Below are positions 9,320 to 18,333 of a stretch of 32,029 bases of DNA, in pieces. The position numbers and the translations under genes are program-made. Origin of the DNA: a virus (lineage: Duplodnaviria; Caudoviricetes); IMG/VR virus record IMGVR_UViG_3300032307_000479, positions 1 through 32,029 of that record; one strand, given 5' to 3'. Position 1 is the first letter of the stretch. Each line of letters starts with the position of its first letter. A model generated the notes under the pieces. That model worked only from the letters and a program-made list of their open reading frames with translations. It was not told the origin of the DNA and searched no databases.

Positions 9320-9658
9320 ATGGCCCTCCCCCAAACTTTTGGCGTTTCCCACGTTTTCGGCGTCCTGGAATCTGGCATTTTCGTTACGATTCAAACGGAC
9401 TCCGTCGATCAGAAACCGGCGCTCGACGTTGAGGTTATGGACGAAACCGGCGTGGTTATTACGGACCGCCTGGACGACCAGCGCCTCGAAACCACGGTTT
9501 CTGGCGTCCTTAAGACGGGTACGACGGTCCCGACCGCGGGCGACCAATTCAATTACGACGGGGTTAATTACATTATCAAGGGCGTTACAAACGACGGTTC
9601 CAATAACGCTTTCCGCAAGGTTACCCTTAAGCTGGTTAAATACCAGGAGATCGCCTAA
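9320..9658 (+). CDS. putative major tail (tube) protein
   Basis: 112 aa, beta-rich, T/V/D-rich; has its own upstream 15-mer; precedes chaperone and tape measure. Confidence 0.6.
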   Translation: MALPQTFGVSHVFGVLESGIFVTIQTDSVDQKPALDVEVMDETGVVITDRLDDQRLETTVSGVLKTGTTVPTAGDQFNYDGVNYIIKGVTNDGSNNAFRKVTLKLVKYQEIA

Positions 9659-9676
9659 CCCGCGTAACCGACGCCC

Positions 9677-10276
9677 GTGGCCTCCCGTTGGACACAGGCC
9701 GCGACAATCCTGCGCCCCGAAATCGAGGTTTGCGGGGTTCGTCTATTGCCATTTTGCCTCCGGCATCGGGTTGCTTTGGAGGCAATCGAAAGCCCGATCT
9801 TGGATACGTCCAAGCCGCTTACCGCAAAGCATATGATTGCCGCGGTCCGTATCCTCTCGACGCACGACCTGGAACATATCCGGCGCCCCCATACCCTCCG
9901 CGAATCCTGGTGGATTGGCCGGTTGACGTTTTCCAATACCGTCCTTGCCCAGGAGGCCGCCAAGCTGCTGGCGTACCTGGAGGCGCAATCCCTTTGGCCG
10001 CGTTTCTGGACCAAGGACGAAAGCGAGGGCCGATCTGGCGGGGTCCCCTGGCCCTTGGCGATTGTCGCCAATCTAACGCGGAACGGTTGTTCCTTAACCG
10101 AGGCGTGGACGATGCCGGAGGCCGAGGCCGTTTGGCTGCACGTCGCCAATACCATCGCCTCCGGGGCCAAGGTCGAGCTAGTATCCGACGTCGAATGGGC
10201 CGCAATGGAGCGATATAAGGCCGAGGAGGCCGCCAAAGCTGCCGCCGCCCAAACCCCAGGAGATCGCAAAAACTAA
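9677..10276 (+). CDS. putative tail assembly chaperone
   Basis: GTG start; lies between tail tube and tape measure; C-terminal AWTMPEAEA resembles the T-segment of G/GT chaperones. Confidence 0.55.
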   Translation: MASRWTQAATILRPEIEVCGVRLLPFCLRHRVALEAIESPILDTSKPLTAKHMIAAVRILSTHDLEHIRRPHTLRESWWIGRLTFSNTVLAQEAAKLLAYLEAQSLWPRFWTKDESEGRSGGVPWPLAIVANLTRNGCSLTEAWTMPEAEAVWLHVANTIASGAKVELVSDVEWAAMERYKAEEAAKAAAAQTPGDRKN

Positions 10277-10278
10277 TT

Positions 10279-11514
10279 ATGGCAAACGACGTAAAAGTTA
10301 AATTTGGCGGGGATTTCACTGACATTGCCAAGGGGGCGGGCGAGGCGGTCAACCGCGCCGGGGCCTCCCTAACGGCCTGGTTTAACGATTTTAGGAAATC
10401 GACCGAGGCGTCGATCCTCTCGTCCCTGGCGCTTTCCAACATTTTTTCCAATTTCGTAAAGGGGGCCGCCGAAACCCTCCAGTATTTCCGCGAAATGGAT
10501 TTGGCCCTTAAACGGTTCGGGGGATCGGGGGACGCCCAATTTCAACAGCTTGCCAAATATGGCAAGGAGGTAGGGGTATCTATGGAAACCGTCGCCCGGA
10601 CGACCAATCATTTTAATAAGGTCCGCGCCGAGGCCGCCAAGGGTAACCAAACCTATATCTCCATTCTTAAGCAATTTGGGTTTACTCAAAAGGAGATCAA
10701 TTCCGGCAACATTTCCTCGATTGAGGTCCTTGGTCGATTGGCCGACGCATACGATAAAACCGGTTACGAGGGCCTGGTCGGCGAACGTGCGATGAATCTA
10801 TTTGGTATCCGCGGCAAGGAGCTTTCGGCGATCTTTAAGAATGGCCGGGAATCCCTGGAGGCGTTTACCAAATCAATGGCGACGATGTCGCGGGAATCCA
10901 TTACCAAGCTGTCGGAAACCCAGGCAAAGGTCGAATATTTGCAACGTAAGTTTAAAGAGACGTTCCAACAGGCCCCATTAGAAGGATACGCCGGATACCT
11001 TACCAGGCAACAGGCTGTTTCCGAAATTACCCGCGCCAGGGATCGGGCATTTGAAACCAATTTTTTCGGTATGCGTTCGGATAAAACCTCCGGCGGGGGG
11101 ACGATTGCCCAGCAAGCTAAATCGGACGCGGGTATTATTGTCAGCCAATTTGAGGGGTTCCTGCCTGGCATTAAGGAGGCGGCGGCAATTGCCAGCAATA
11201 AGGGGAGCTGGGAGGGCCAAAGCGAGAAGATCGTTAAATATATGGAGGAATTGGGCAAATCCCTTAACCTTTACGTTAAGCAAATGGAGGCTGCGCCAAA
11301 GGACAAAAAGGCGGGCCTCGAAATCCCCTTGGTTAAGGAGCTGCTTACGTCGTCGTCCCTCCAGGCAATCGGGGGCGGGGACATTTCCTCGGTGCTTTCC
11401 GGCACGGTCCAGGCCAGTATGCTAACCGCAATGCAGGAAACCGCGGCCAATACCGGCAAGCTCGCTGCGGAATCAGGCCAACCCGATCCCAACCCGCCTA
11501 ACGTCGCCAAATAA
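10279..11514 (+). CDS. tape measure protein (short)
   Basis: Helical 411 aa protein; N-terminal VKVKFGGD, AMNLFGIRGKEL, C-terminal SSLQAIGGG; synteny. Confidence 0.75.
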   Translation: MANDVKVKFGGDFTDIAKGAGEAVNRAGASLTAWFNDFRKSTEASILSSLALSNIFSNFVKGAAETLQYFREMDLALKRFGGSGDAQFQQLAKYGKEVGVSMETVARTTNHFNKVRAEAAKGNQTYISILKQFGFTQKEINSGNISSIEVLGRLADAYDKTGYEGLVGERAMNLFGIRGKELSAIFKNGRESLEAFTKSMATMSRESITKLSETQAKVEYLQRKFKETFQQAPLEGYAGYLTRQQAVSEITRARDRAFETNFFGMRSDKTSGGGTIAQQAKSDAGIIVSQFEGFLPGIKEAAAIASNKGSWEGQSEKIVKYMEELGKSLNLYVKQMEAAPKDKKAGLEIPLVKELLTSSSLQAIGGGDISSVLSGTVQASMLTAMQETAANTGKLAAESGQPDPNPPNVAK

Positions 11515-11515
11515 T

Positions 11516-12376
11516 ATGCCAGATCCCTCCGCAACCCGTAAAAGCTACGGTAATCCGTTAGTCGCCGCTACCGCCCTTCCCGTTGGGACGATTAGCGTAG
11601 ACGGATTCGGCCTCGCCCAGGCGCAGCAAAGTTTTACCATAGACTCTAACGACGCCGCAATCGGGGTTGCGTTAGAATCCTTCTCAAATGGGGAGATTTA
11701 CCCCTATGGTAACGGTATCCAAATGAAATCGTATAAGGTTTCCGCGTCCTATGGTAAGGGCGGGGTCGCTACCTTGGTCGTCGATTATATGGGCGTCGTG
11801 CCGGTTAGTGGGTATACGAGGCCGCAGATCACCGGGATTGCCACGTCCACGGCGCAGCCAATCGAGGCGCATCCTAACTTTACCAAGGTAACGTCCGAGG
11901 CCGCCGGTGGCGTCGTCCTGGCGGGATACCCCCCCTCCAACCTAGTTACGAACAATAAACCTATTTTCGTCCAATCGACCGATCCGTACGCTACTTGGAC
12001 GTTCCGCGGGTTCGGGCTGCGTACCGACGGCGAGGTAAACATTAAGGCCGGTATCCGGCAATATCTCGCCCCCCTGGCGACCCTCCGCGGGCAGATTTTC
12101 TTGGATTACTCAATGTCTAGCTCGGCCTCGGTTTTCCTACAATCCGTCGGGAAGCGCCTAACCAACGCCGACGTTTCCAAGCTCGTACAACCCTCCAACC
12201 TTGCCGGGGCGTTGGAATCCGAGGACCAAAATTACGCCCTCCTTTCGGCGGCAAACGCGGAATGCATCGGGAACCCCGACAACCTGGCGGCCATTAAAAT
12301 TACTTACGACATTATGGTCGGCGGCGAGATCGGTTGGGATAAAGACATTTACGGCCTAGCGCCGTCGATTCTCTAA
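11516..12376 (+). CDS. tail tip / distal tail structural protein
   Basis: 286 aa beta-rich ORF after the tape measure; PIEAHPNF motif. Confidence 0.55.
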   Translation: MPDPSATRKSYGNPLVAATALPVGTISVDGFGLAQAQQSFTIDSNDAAIGVALESFSNGEIYPYGNGIQMKSYKVSASYGKGGVATLVVDYMGVVPVSGYTRPQITGIATSTAQPIEAHPNFTKVTSEAAGGVVLAGYPPSNLVTNNKPIFVQSTDPYATWTFRGFGLRTDGEVNIKAGIRQYLAPLATLRGQIFLDYSMSSSASVFLQSVGKRLTNADVSKLVQPSNLAGALESEDQNYALLSAANAECIGNPDNLAAIKITYDIMVGGEIGWDKDIYGLAPSIL

Positions 12377-12377
12377 T

Positions 12378-13085
12378 ATGAATGACGCGGGTTTTAACGG
12401 AACCGGCTCCCGGTTTAACTCTCGTTTCGAGGCCGGTTCGCCGATCTACGCAAAGCAGCTTAACGATCTGGCGACCGGCATTCAATCGGCCTTGCCCCAA
12501 CCTTACGTCGGGTACGGCCCGTCGGTTTCCTTTACCCCTGGCGGCGGCATTATCGCGGGCGCTATGGAGGATACGCCGGTCGCCCCCGCCAAGGCGTATT
12601 GCCCATTTGAGATTTACGACCTCCGGAAATCGACCGAGGAGGGGACCGCGGGTAACTATTATATCAATATCGCCCCCGGAATGGTTAACAACCTGGTCGT
12701 TAAATCGGACGACGGCGAGCTGCTTACCAAGGACCCGCCCCCCAATATCCAAGTTTTTTCGGACGGGATTACCGCGCAAGGCGTAATTAATTACATCTAC
12801 GTCCGTTGCGGCAACAGCCAGCAGGGGGCGCAATACCCCGCCCGATCTGGCGAGGGATACCCGTCGGTCCGCGTAAGCGCCGAGCAGGACAAAATCAACG
12901 ACGAGGAATATTCGTATATCCTTATTGGGGCCGTGGTAGGCCAAAAGGTCCTTATCCCCGATACGGACCCGCCGGAATACCAGGAAATCCTCAATATTAA
13001 CCAGCTGATTGGCTGCAATTCGCTTTGGAGCGAAAGGTTTAAATGCGGGGCCGATCCGGTGGTTTACTGGTGGAGCGCCGTTTGA
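12378..13085 (+). CDS. virion tail structural protein
   Basis: 235 aa, tightly coupled within the tail operon. Confidence 0.5.
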   Translation: MNDAGFNGTGSRFNSRFEAGSPIYAKQLNDLATGIQSALPQPYVGYGPSVSFTPGGGIIAGAMEDTPVAPAKAYCPFEIYDLRKSTEEGTAGNYYINIAPGMVNNLVVKSDDGELLTKDPPPNIQVFSDGITAQGVINYIYVRCGNSQQGAQYPARSGEGYPSVRVSAEQDKINDEEYSYILIGAVVGQKVLIPDTDPPEYQEILNINQLIGCNSLWSERFKCGADPVVYWWSAV

Positions 13086-13086
13086 T

Positions 13087-14058
13087 ATGGCCCTACCTAA
13101 TCGAAAAGGGGTCGTTTATGTCTACCTGGCCGATCCTGATCGTTACCCGCAAGGCCAATCTGTGTTAAACGATACGGTTTTCGGCGACGAACAAAAAACA
13201 TATACCCCGCCCGATTCTCCTCCGCGCCCGCCTAAACAGGGGGATTTTTATTCTTATCGGGAGTTTTTTCCAGGATACCCGCCTGGGTTGGTCGTAAAGG
13301 TAGCGAGCAATATTCCTATTAACGGTCATTTTATCCAATTTGAATACAAGGTAGATATCGAGATTAAGTATCCTACCGGGGCCGAGGTCGCTTATAACCC
13401 GACCCCGCCGCCCGACGGCCCAGGCCAGCTCCCGCCCGACCCAAATGGAGAAACCGCAACGTACGAGGAGGACGTCCCTTGGTTAAATCTATTTATTACC
13501 CCGCGGTATTTTACCGACGAACCTTTTAGTTTTTCGTCCGGCGCAAATTACGATTGGTACGCCGGATCGGTTGTCCCCCTTAAAGACAATTCCTACCTGG
13601 CAAGCTCGGAAGGGACCGGCGCTCCCCGCAGCCCAATTACTTGGGAGGCCACCGTCGAGAATCTATTAACCAGGGTCCTAAACCTTGAGACGGACGAATA
13701 CGAGGAATACCCATATAAACAGGCGACGACCGATCTAAAGGTTAACGTCAAGGTACGGCCCAAGAAAATCGATAACAACATTTGCTGCTGGAATAAGGGG
13801 ACGGTTATTAACGGAAAGATGGCAATTTGGACAATCGACCTAACGACCAGGACGAACCCGGAAACGGGTTATTTTTGGGCCGGAATGTGGTACGATACCG
13901 GATCGACGTTTTCCCCTAATACCGAGCTTGATTGGTCGGTTACAATCGACGAGGGGTTTACCCCCGCAGAAATAGAAATCCCCCGGATTGCGGGTAAGGC
14001 GGCGTTTATTAACGATATTTGGATTACCTCGGTTACCCCGCCCGGACCCCCCGCATAG
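13087..14058 (+). CDS. virion tail structural protein (Pro/Tyr-rich)
   Basis: Likely start is ATG 13087 (MALPNRKG), 1 nt after the upstream stop; more AT-rich than its neighbours. Confidence 0.5.
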   Translation: MALPNRKGVVYVYLADPDRYPQGQSVLNDTVFGDEQKTYTPPDSPPRPPKQGDFYSYREFFPGYPPGLVVKVASNIPINGHFIQFEYKVDIEIKYPTGAEVAYNPTPPPDGPGQLPPDPNGETATYEEDVPWLNLFITPRYFTDEPFSFSSGANYDWYAGSVVPLKDNSYLASSEGTGAPRSPITWEATVENLLTRVLNLETDEYEEYPYKQATTDLKVNVKVRPKKIDNNICCWNKGTVINGKMAIWTIDLTTRTNPETGYFWAGMWYDTGSTFSPNTELDWSVTIDEGFTPAEIEIPRIAGKAAFINDIWITSVTPPGPPA

Positions 14059-14063
14059 GGGGT

Positions 14064-14078
14064 TTGACTCCCGCGTTG
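14064..14078 (+). promoter_or_regulatory. conserved 15-mer TTGACTCCCGCGTTG (copy 5)
   Basis: Exact copy; 4 nt before ATG 14083; preceded by hairpin CCCCC-GCATA-GGGGG-TTT. Confidence 0.75.
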
Positions 14079-14082
14079 GTCT

Positions 14083-14397
14083 ATGGCGTCCCCGACGGTA
14101 TCCTGGAAACGTGGCAGCACATTTGCGGCCTCGGTCGCCTATACCCCAGGCGCAGGGGACCCGGCCAGCTTGGCGGGGGTAACCGTCGAATGTTCCGTTA
14201 TGGACCATAGGGAGGTCCGATACCCCCTTATCGTCTCGATCCTGCCGGATAACCTCTCGTTTAACATCCTTTACCCTAGCGACACGTCCGAATGGGCCGC
14301 CGGGACCGCGGCGCTGGATTACCGATGCCTGGAGAATGGGGTCGTTTTTTATTCCACGACGGCCCGGTTTACAATCGAACCGCAAATTACCCTTTAA
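14083..14397 (+). CDS. BppU-N-like fibre adaptor protein
   Basis: 104 aa beta-sandwich pattern (KRGSTF...TSEWAAGTAALD...STTARFTIEPQIT) immediately before the fibre. Confidence 0.55.
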   Translation: MASPTVSWKRGSTFAASVAYTPGAGDPASLAGVTVECSVMDHREVRYPLIVSILPDNLSFNILYPSDTSEWAAGTAALDYRCLENGVVFYSTTARFTIEPQITL

Positions 14398-16410
14398 ATG
14401 GCAACCCTTACGACGACCATTCGTTATTCCGAACCCGCGGGTTCGATCATTACGTCCTTGGGCGTCCCAGGTCCTGCGGGTCCTGGCGTGCCGGTCGGGG
14501 GAGCTGCGGGCCAGATTTTGGCGAAAATCGACGGGCAAAATTACAATACCCATTGGATTAACCCCCAAGACGATTCCGCGGTTTGGGGCCAGATTACCGG
14601 GGAAATTGCCAATCAGCTCGACCTCGCCTCGGCGCTATCCCTTAAGCTCGACGCCTCGACCGCGGCCTCGACGTACCAAACCCTTTCGGGTATGTCGGCC
14701 TACCTTTCCAAGGCGGGCAACCTAGCGGGCCTTACCGATCTGGCTGCGGCCAGGAATAACCTCGACCTTGGGGTCCTTAATTCCCCGACCTTTGCCGCCC
14801 TTACCATCCAGGGGTCCGGGTCCAACGTCGGCCAGCTTGGCGCAACGTCCCTGTCCCTAAACCATTCGGTTTACGGTCAATTTACAATCTCGCCGTCGTC
14901 GGGCATTACGTTTCCCGATTCTACGGTCCAAGTTACGGCCTATACCGGCGATAACGCGGTATCCTGGGGCGAAATTACCGGGCAAATTTCCAGCCAGGTC
15001 GATCTCCAGGAGGCCCTCGATTCCAAATACCCCGCGTCCAACCCCTCCGGGTTTATCGACGCATCGGCGCTTGCCCCCTACCTTACCAGCGCCGACGCCG
15101 CCTCGACGTACGCGGTAACCGCCCGCGGCCTCCCCGCTGGAGGGATTACTGCCCAGGTATTAAGCAAGGCCAGCAATTCCGATTTTTCCTCGACCTGGAC
15201 GACGATTATCCCCGGAGATCGTTACCTTACCAGCTCGACGACGCCCAATACCATCAATAACCAGGATAAGACGTTTATCGTCGGGACGGGCCTATCCTAT
15301 ACGACGCAGCAGGACGCGGTCATTTCTTACGATACCGCAAACCATATGCACGTCCGGGTTTTGGCGTACAACCCGACGACCGGCCAGCTCGACGTAAACG
15401 TCCTATCCCATACCGGATCGGGGACGTATTCCTCTTGGGTCGTTAACGTCGGGGGTACGGTTCCCGTTGCAACGGTGGCCTGGGGTTCGATCACCGGCCA
15501 AATTACGGCGCAGCTGGACCTCCAGGCGGCCCTCGATACCAAGCTTAATGTTACGACGGCGGCCTCGACGTACCTTACCCAGGCCAACGCGGTTTCGACG
15601 TATCAAACCCTTTCGGGTATGTCGGCCTACCTTACGACGTCCGCGGCTGCCTCGACGTACTTTACGATCTCGGCGGCGGCGGGTAAGGCGAACCTATCGG
15701 GAGCGACGTTTACCGGCAAAATTAATACGACAGTAACGGCCACGACCGCCCCGATTAACATCGCCCCCCAGGGTACGGCCCCCTCCTCGACCGTTGCGGG
15801 GGACGTTTGGATTGGTAATTTCAATATGTTTTTCCGGGACGCCAACGGAAACCAGCGCACGATCCCGACGCAATCCACGTCGAACGTGTTTTCGTCCCCC
15901 CAGGTCGTCGATACGACGGCCTCGACGGCGGCCCTCCGCGTTACCCAAAAGGGGACCGGCAACGCTATCGAGGTCGAGGACAGTACGACCCCGGACGCAA
16001 CGCGGTTCGTCGTCGATCAGTTTGGCAAGGTCGGCGTCGGCGTCGCCCCCGATACGAACGCAGCCATTAACCTGGACGCAAACGGATTGCGGACGTCCGA
16101 CGGGACCAACGTCGCTATGTTAAACCCTACTGCGGTTATTATTACCGACGGAAACCATAGCGCATCCTTTGGAAGCACAGGTTTATCTTTTTCGCATCCT
16201 ATCCCCTATGTCGGTGGGGTCGTTTCTGGTATCCAGCAGCTCCAATTTCTCGACGGTACGACGCAAGTAACCGCGCCGACGCCTGGAATCCCCGATGCCC
16301 CCCAAGACGGAAATTATTATGCCCGCCGCAATGGCGCTTGGGAAGCCCTCCAAACGGCTTCCGTATATGACATTAACGGAAACGCCGTATCCGCATTTAT
16401 TTTCCCTTAA
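14398..16410 (+). CDS. tail fibre protein with internal repeats and C-terminal foldon-like motif
   Basis: Short GPAGP segment, three WG.ITG.I..Q.DL repeats, several AASTY repeats; C-terminal GIPDAPQDGNYYARRNGAW. Confidence 0.8.
   Translation: MATLTTTIRYSEPAGSIITSLGVPGPAGPGVPVGGAAGQILAKIDGQNYNTHWINPQDDSAVWGQITGEIANQLDLASALSLKLDASTAASTYQTLSGMSAYLSKAGNLAGLTDLAAARNNLDLGVLNSPTFAALTIQGSGSNVGQLGATSLSLNHSVYGQFTISPSSGITFPDSTVQVTAYTGDNAVSWGEITGQISSQVDLQEALDSKYPASNPSGFIDASALAPYLTSADAASTYAVTARGLPAGGITAQVLSKASNSDFSSTWTTIIPGDRYLTSSTTPNTINNQDKTFIVGTGLSYTTQQDAVISYDTANHMHVRVLAYNPTTGQLDVNVLSHTGSGTYSSWVVNVGGTVPVATVAWGSITGQITAQLDLQAALDTKLNVTTAASTYLTQANAVSTYQTLSGMSAYLTTSAAASTYFTISAAAGKANLSGATFTGKINTTVTATTAPINIAPQGTAPSSTVAGDVWIGNFNMFFRDANGNQRTIPTQSTSNVFSSPQVVDTTASTAALRVTQKGTGNAIEVEDSTTPDATRFVVDQFGKVGVGVAPDTNAAINLDANGLRTSDGTNVAMLNPTAVIITDGNHSASFGSTGLSFSHPIPYVGGVVSGIQQLQFLDGTTQVTAPTPGIPDAPQDGNYYARRNGAWEALQTASVYDINGNAVSAFIFP
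14677..15633 (+). repeat. exact 30-nt direct repeat pair (14677-14706 and 15604-15633)
   Basis: CAAACCCTTTCGGGTATGTCGGCCTACCTT occurs twice, 927 nt apart (in frame). Confidence 0.85.
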
Positions 16411-16414
16411 TCCA

Positions 16415-16552
16415 ATGCTTATCGCAATCCTTTCGTTTCTGGCCGGTGTCGCCGTCGGCGTCCTCGTAATGAGGAAACACGCAGCCAAGGCCGCCGCCTT
16501 GGAATCCAAGGGCCGATCACTCCTCGCGGCCCTCAAGGGTAAGGACGAATAA
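16415..16552 (+). CDS. small single-TM membrane protein
   Basis: MLIAILSFLAGVAVGVLVMRKH..., 45 aa; N-terminal TM and basic tail. Confidence 0.7.
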   Translation: MLIAILSFLAGVAVGVLVMRKHAAKAAALESKGRSLLAALKGKDE

Positions 16553-16555
16553 GCT

Positions 16556-17338
16556 ATGCGCCTCCCCCTGGCATTGGTCGCCCTATGCCTAGCGGGTTGC
16601 GGCACGGCCAAAAAGGACCCGGCCCCGCCGGTCGTGGTCCAGCCTGCGGTATCCCAGGGGGCGCTTAAGACGGTCGGCGAGAAGATCGACCAAGCCGATT
16701 CCCGCGTCGCTGCCGCCGTCCAGGTCGCCGTCGAGAATAAGGATAAACCCGCCGTCGTCGAGGCCGAGGGTAAGCTGGCCCTTTCATACTTACCGGAGGC
16801 CGCCCCCGGCGATCTCGCATACGCCCGCCAAAGGGCCACGGCCCAGGACGCAAAGGCGTACGCCGACCAAATGGCATACGCCAAGGCATTCCTTGCCAAG
16901 ATCGACGCGGAATGGAAAGCCGCCGAGGCCCAGTCCAAGCGCAACGCAACCGACCTGGCCGCCTCCCTTACCAAGGTTAACCAGCTGGAGGCCCGCGTCG
17001 CCGCCGTCCAAAAGGAGGCCAACGACCGAATCCGTAAGATCGAGGCCGAGGCGTCCCGCAATGTTTGGACCCTAACCGCGGCTGCTTTGGCCGTCGCCGG
17101 GGCCGCCGCGTCGGCGTTCCTAGGGTTCCGGACCGGCGGGGTCCTCCTCGTATGCGCCGCCTTTTGCGGGGCGCTCCCTCATATATACGAATCGGAGTTT
17201 TTCCCTTGGGCGACGGGCCTTACCCTGGCCGCCGCAGCGGGCCTTGGCCTATGGCGGTTGTTCGATTACGTCCGCGATCTTAACGCCGATAGGGGTAACG
17301 TCCCCTCCCCTCCCCCCGATGTCCCTCCGGCGTCCTAA
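16556..17338 (+). CDS. lipoprotein with coiled coil and C-terminal TM segments (u-spanin-like)
   Basis: Signal peptide with lipobox LAG|C, ~150 aa helical region, then 2-3 hydrophobic segments. Confidence 0.6.
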   Translation: MRLPLALVALCLAGCGTAKKDPAPPVVVQPAVSQGALKTVGEKIDQADSRVAAAVQVAVENKDKPAVVEAEGKLALSYLPEAAPGDLAYARQRATAQDAKAYADQMAYAKAFLAKIDAEWKAAEAQSKRNATDLAASLTKVNQLEARVAAVQKEANDRIRKIEAEASRNVWTLTAAALAVAGAAASAFLGFRTGGVLLVCAAFCGALPHIYESEFFPWATGLTLAAAAGLGLWRLFDYVRDLNADRGNVPSPPPDVPPAS

Positions 17339-17606
17339 AGTTATCGTCCGCAAGCTAGGCCGCGAGGGGGCCTGGGGCCAATGCCATTACGACCCTACCG
17401 CCCCGACCGTGGAAATCGACCCCCGCCTTGGGGCAAAACGTCGTTTGGAGGTTTTGGTCCACGAGGCCGTCCATTTATTTTTCGGTCCCGATCTGCCGGA
17501 GGCCAAGGTAGACGCAGCGGGTAAGTATATCCGCGACGTCCTATGGTCGCAGAATTACCGCCAGGTCCTCCTTGAGCCTAACGCCAAACCTCCCCGCATT
17601 ACTTGA
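17319..17606 (+). CDS. small zincin-like (HExxH) metallopeptidase-domain protein
   Basis: AWGQC...VEIDPRL...LEVLVHEAVHL; ATG at 17319. Confidence 0.6.
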   Translation: MSLRRPKVIVRKLGREGAWGQCHYDPTAPTVEIDPRLGAKRRLEVLVHEAVHLFFGPDLPEAKVDAAGKYIRDVLWSQNYRQVLLEPNAKPPRIT

Positions 17607-17980
17607 GCGCCTCGCCAATCAGTCCGGACGACGTCCCGCAATCGGTCAAGGACGGGCTTACCGCGTCGGTCCTCGGCGGGTTGGCAATGGCGGGGCGTCT
17701 ACTTTTGTCAGAAACGCCGGTGTCGGCGGGTTGGGTAATTCGTCGGATACTGGCCGCGGCGATCACGGCGCTATTCGTCGGATTCTACGCCCAGGATAAT
17801 ATCGAATCGGTTGCGTTGCGGTATTCGGTCGTCGGGGCCGCGGGGTATAGCGCCCCCGAATGTCTCGACGCCCTTTTACGGTTCGTCCGCAAACGTGCCG
17901 AGGCCGAGCTTGGCAAGGCCGCCGGAAAAGTAGGAATCAAAAAACCGAATGCCAAACGAGGAGCGAAAAAGAAACGGTGA
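17603..17980 (+). CDS. putative holin
   Basis: TTG start; about 3 TM segments, GAAGYSAPE motif, highly basic C-terminus. Confidence 0.7.
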   Translation: MSASPISPDDVPQSVKDGLTASVLGGLAMAGRLLLSETPVSAGWVIRRILAAAITALFVGFYAQDNIESVALRYSVVGAAGYSAPECLDALLRFVRKRAEAELGKAAGKVGIKKPNAKRGAKKKR

Positions 17981-18272
17981 TCGAAATCTCTTGGTCGTCG
18001 TTTGCGTCGTCGTCGCTTCCGCTGCGGTCGTCGCCGTAACGACGTCTTGGATTTGTTCGTACGTCCTCGACGGGTTCGCATCGTCCGAGACGATGGTCCT
18101 TTTGATAACCGATGCGGGTTTGAAATCGGACGATAAAAAATTGGAGGGCCAGCTAACGACGGCGACGATTGCGTTGCGTACTTGTCGGGACCTCGCAATG
18201 GCCCTGGCGGTCGGTTGCGGTATGGTCGGGGCCGCGGCGGGTTGGCGGGTTTTCGGTCGGAGGTCGGACTAG
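17949..18272 (+). CDS. two-TM membrane protein (lysis cluster)
   Basis: Hydrophobic N- and C-terminal helices flanking a short soluble loop. Confidence 0.55.
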   Translation: MPNEERKRNGDRNLLVVVCVVVASAAVVAVTTSWICSYVLDGFASSETMVLLITDAGLKSDDKKLEGQLTTATIALRTCRDLAMALAVGCGMVGAAAGWRVFGRRSD

Positions 18273-18333
18273 TATATAAGGAGGAGGCGCAGATCGGTTG
18301 CGGGACGGCCCGCCCGGATTGTGCGTATTTACT

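Noticed and set aside
2737-14078. The five 15-mers as a CRISPR array, att sites or inversion sites
   Set aside because: They are kilobases apart, all in the same orientation at gene starts, and no recombinase or cas gene is present.
14398-16410. Diversity-generating retroelement acting on the fibre
   Set aside because: No reverse transcriptase and no TR/VR pair with adenine-specific mismatches; the repeats are intragenic and in frame.
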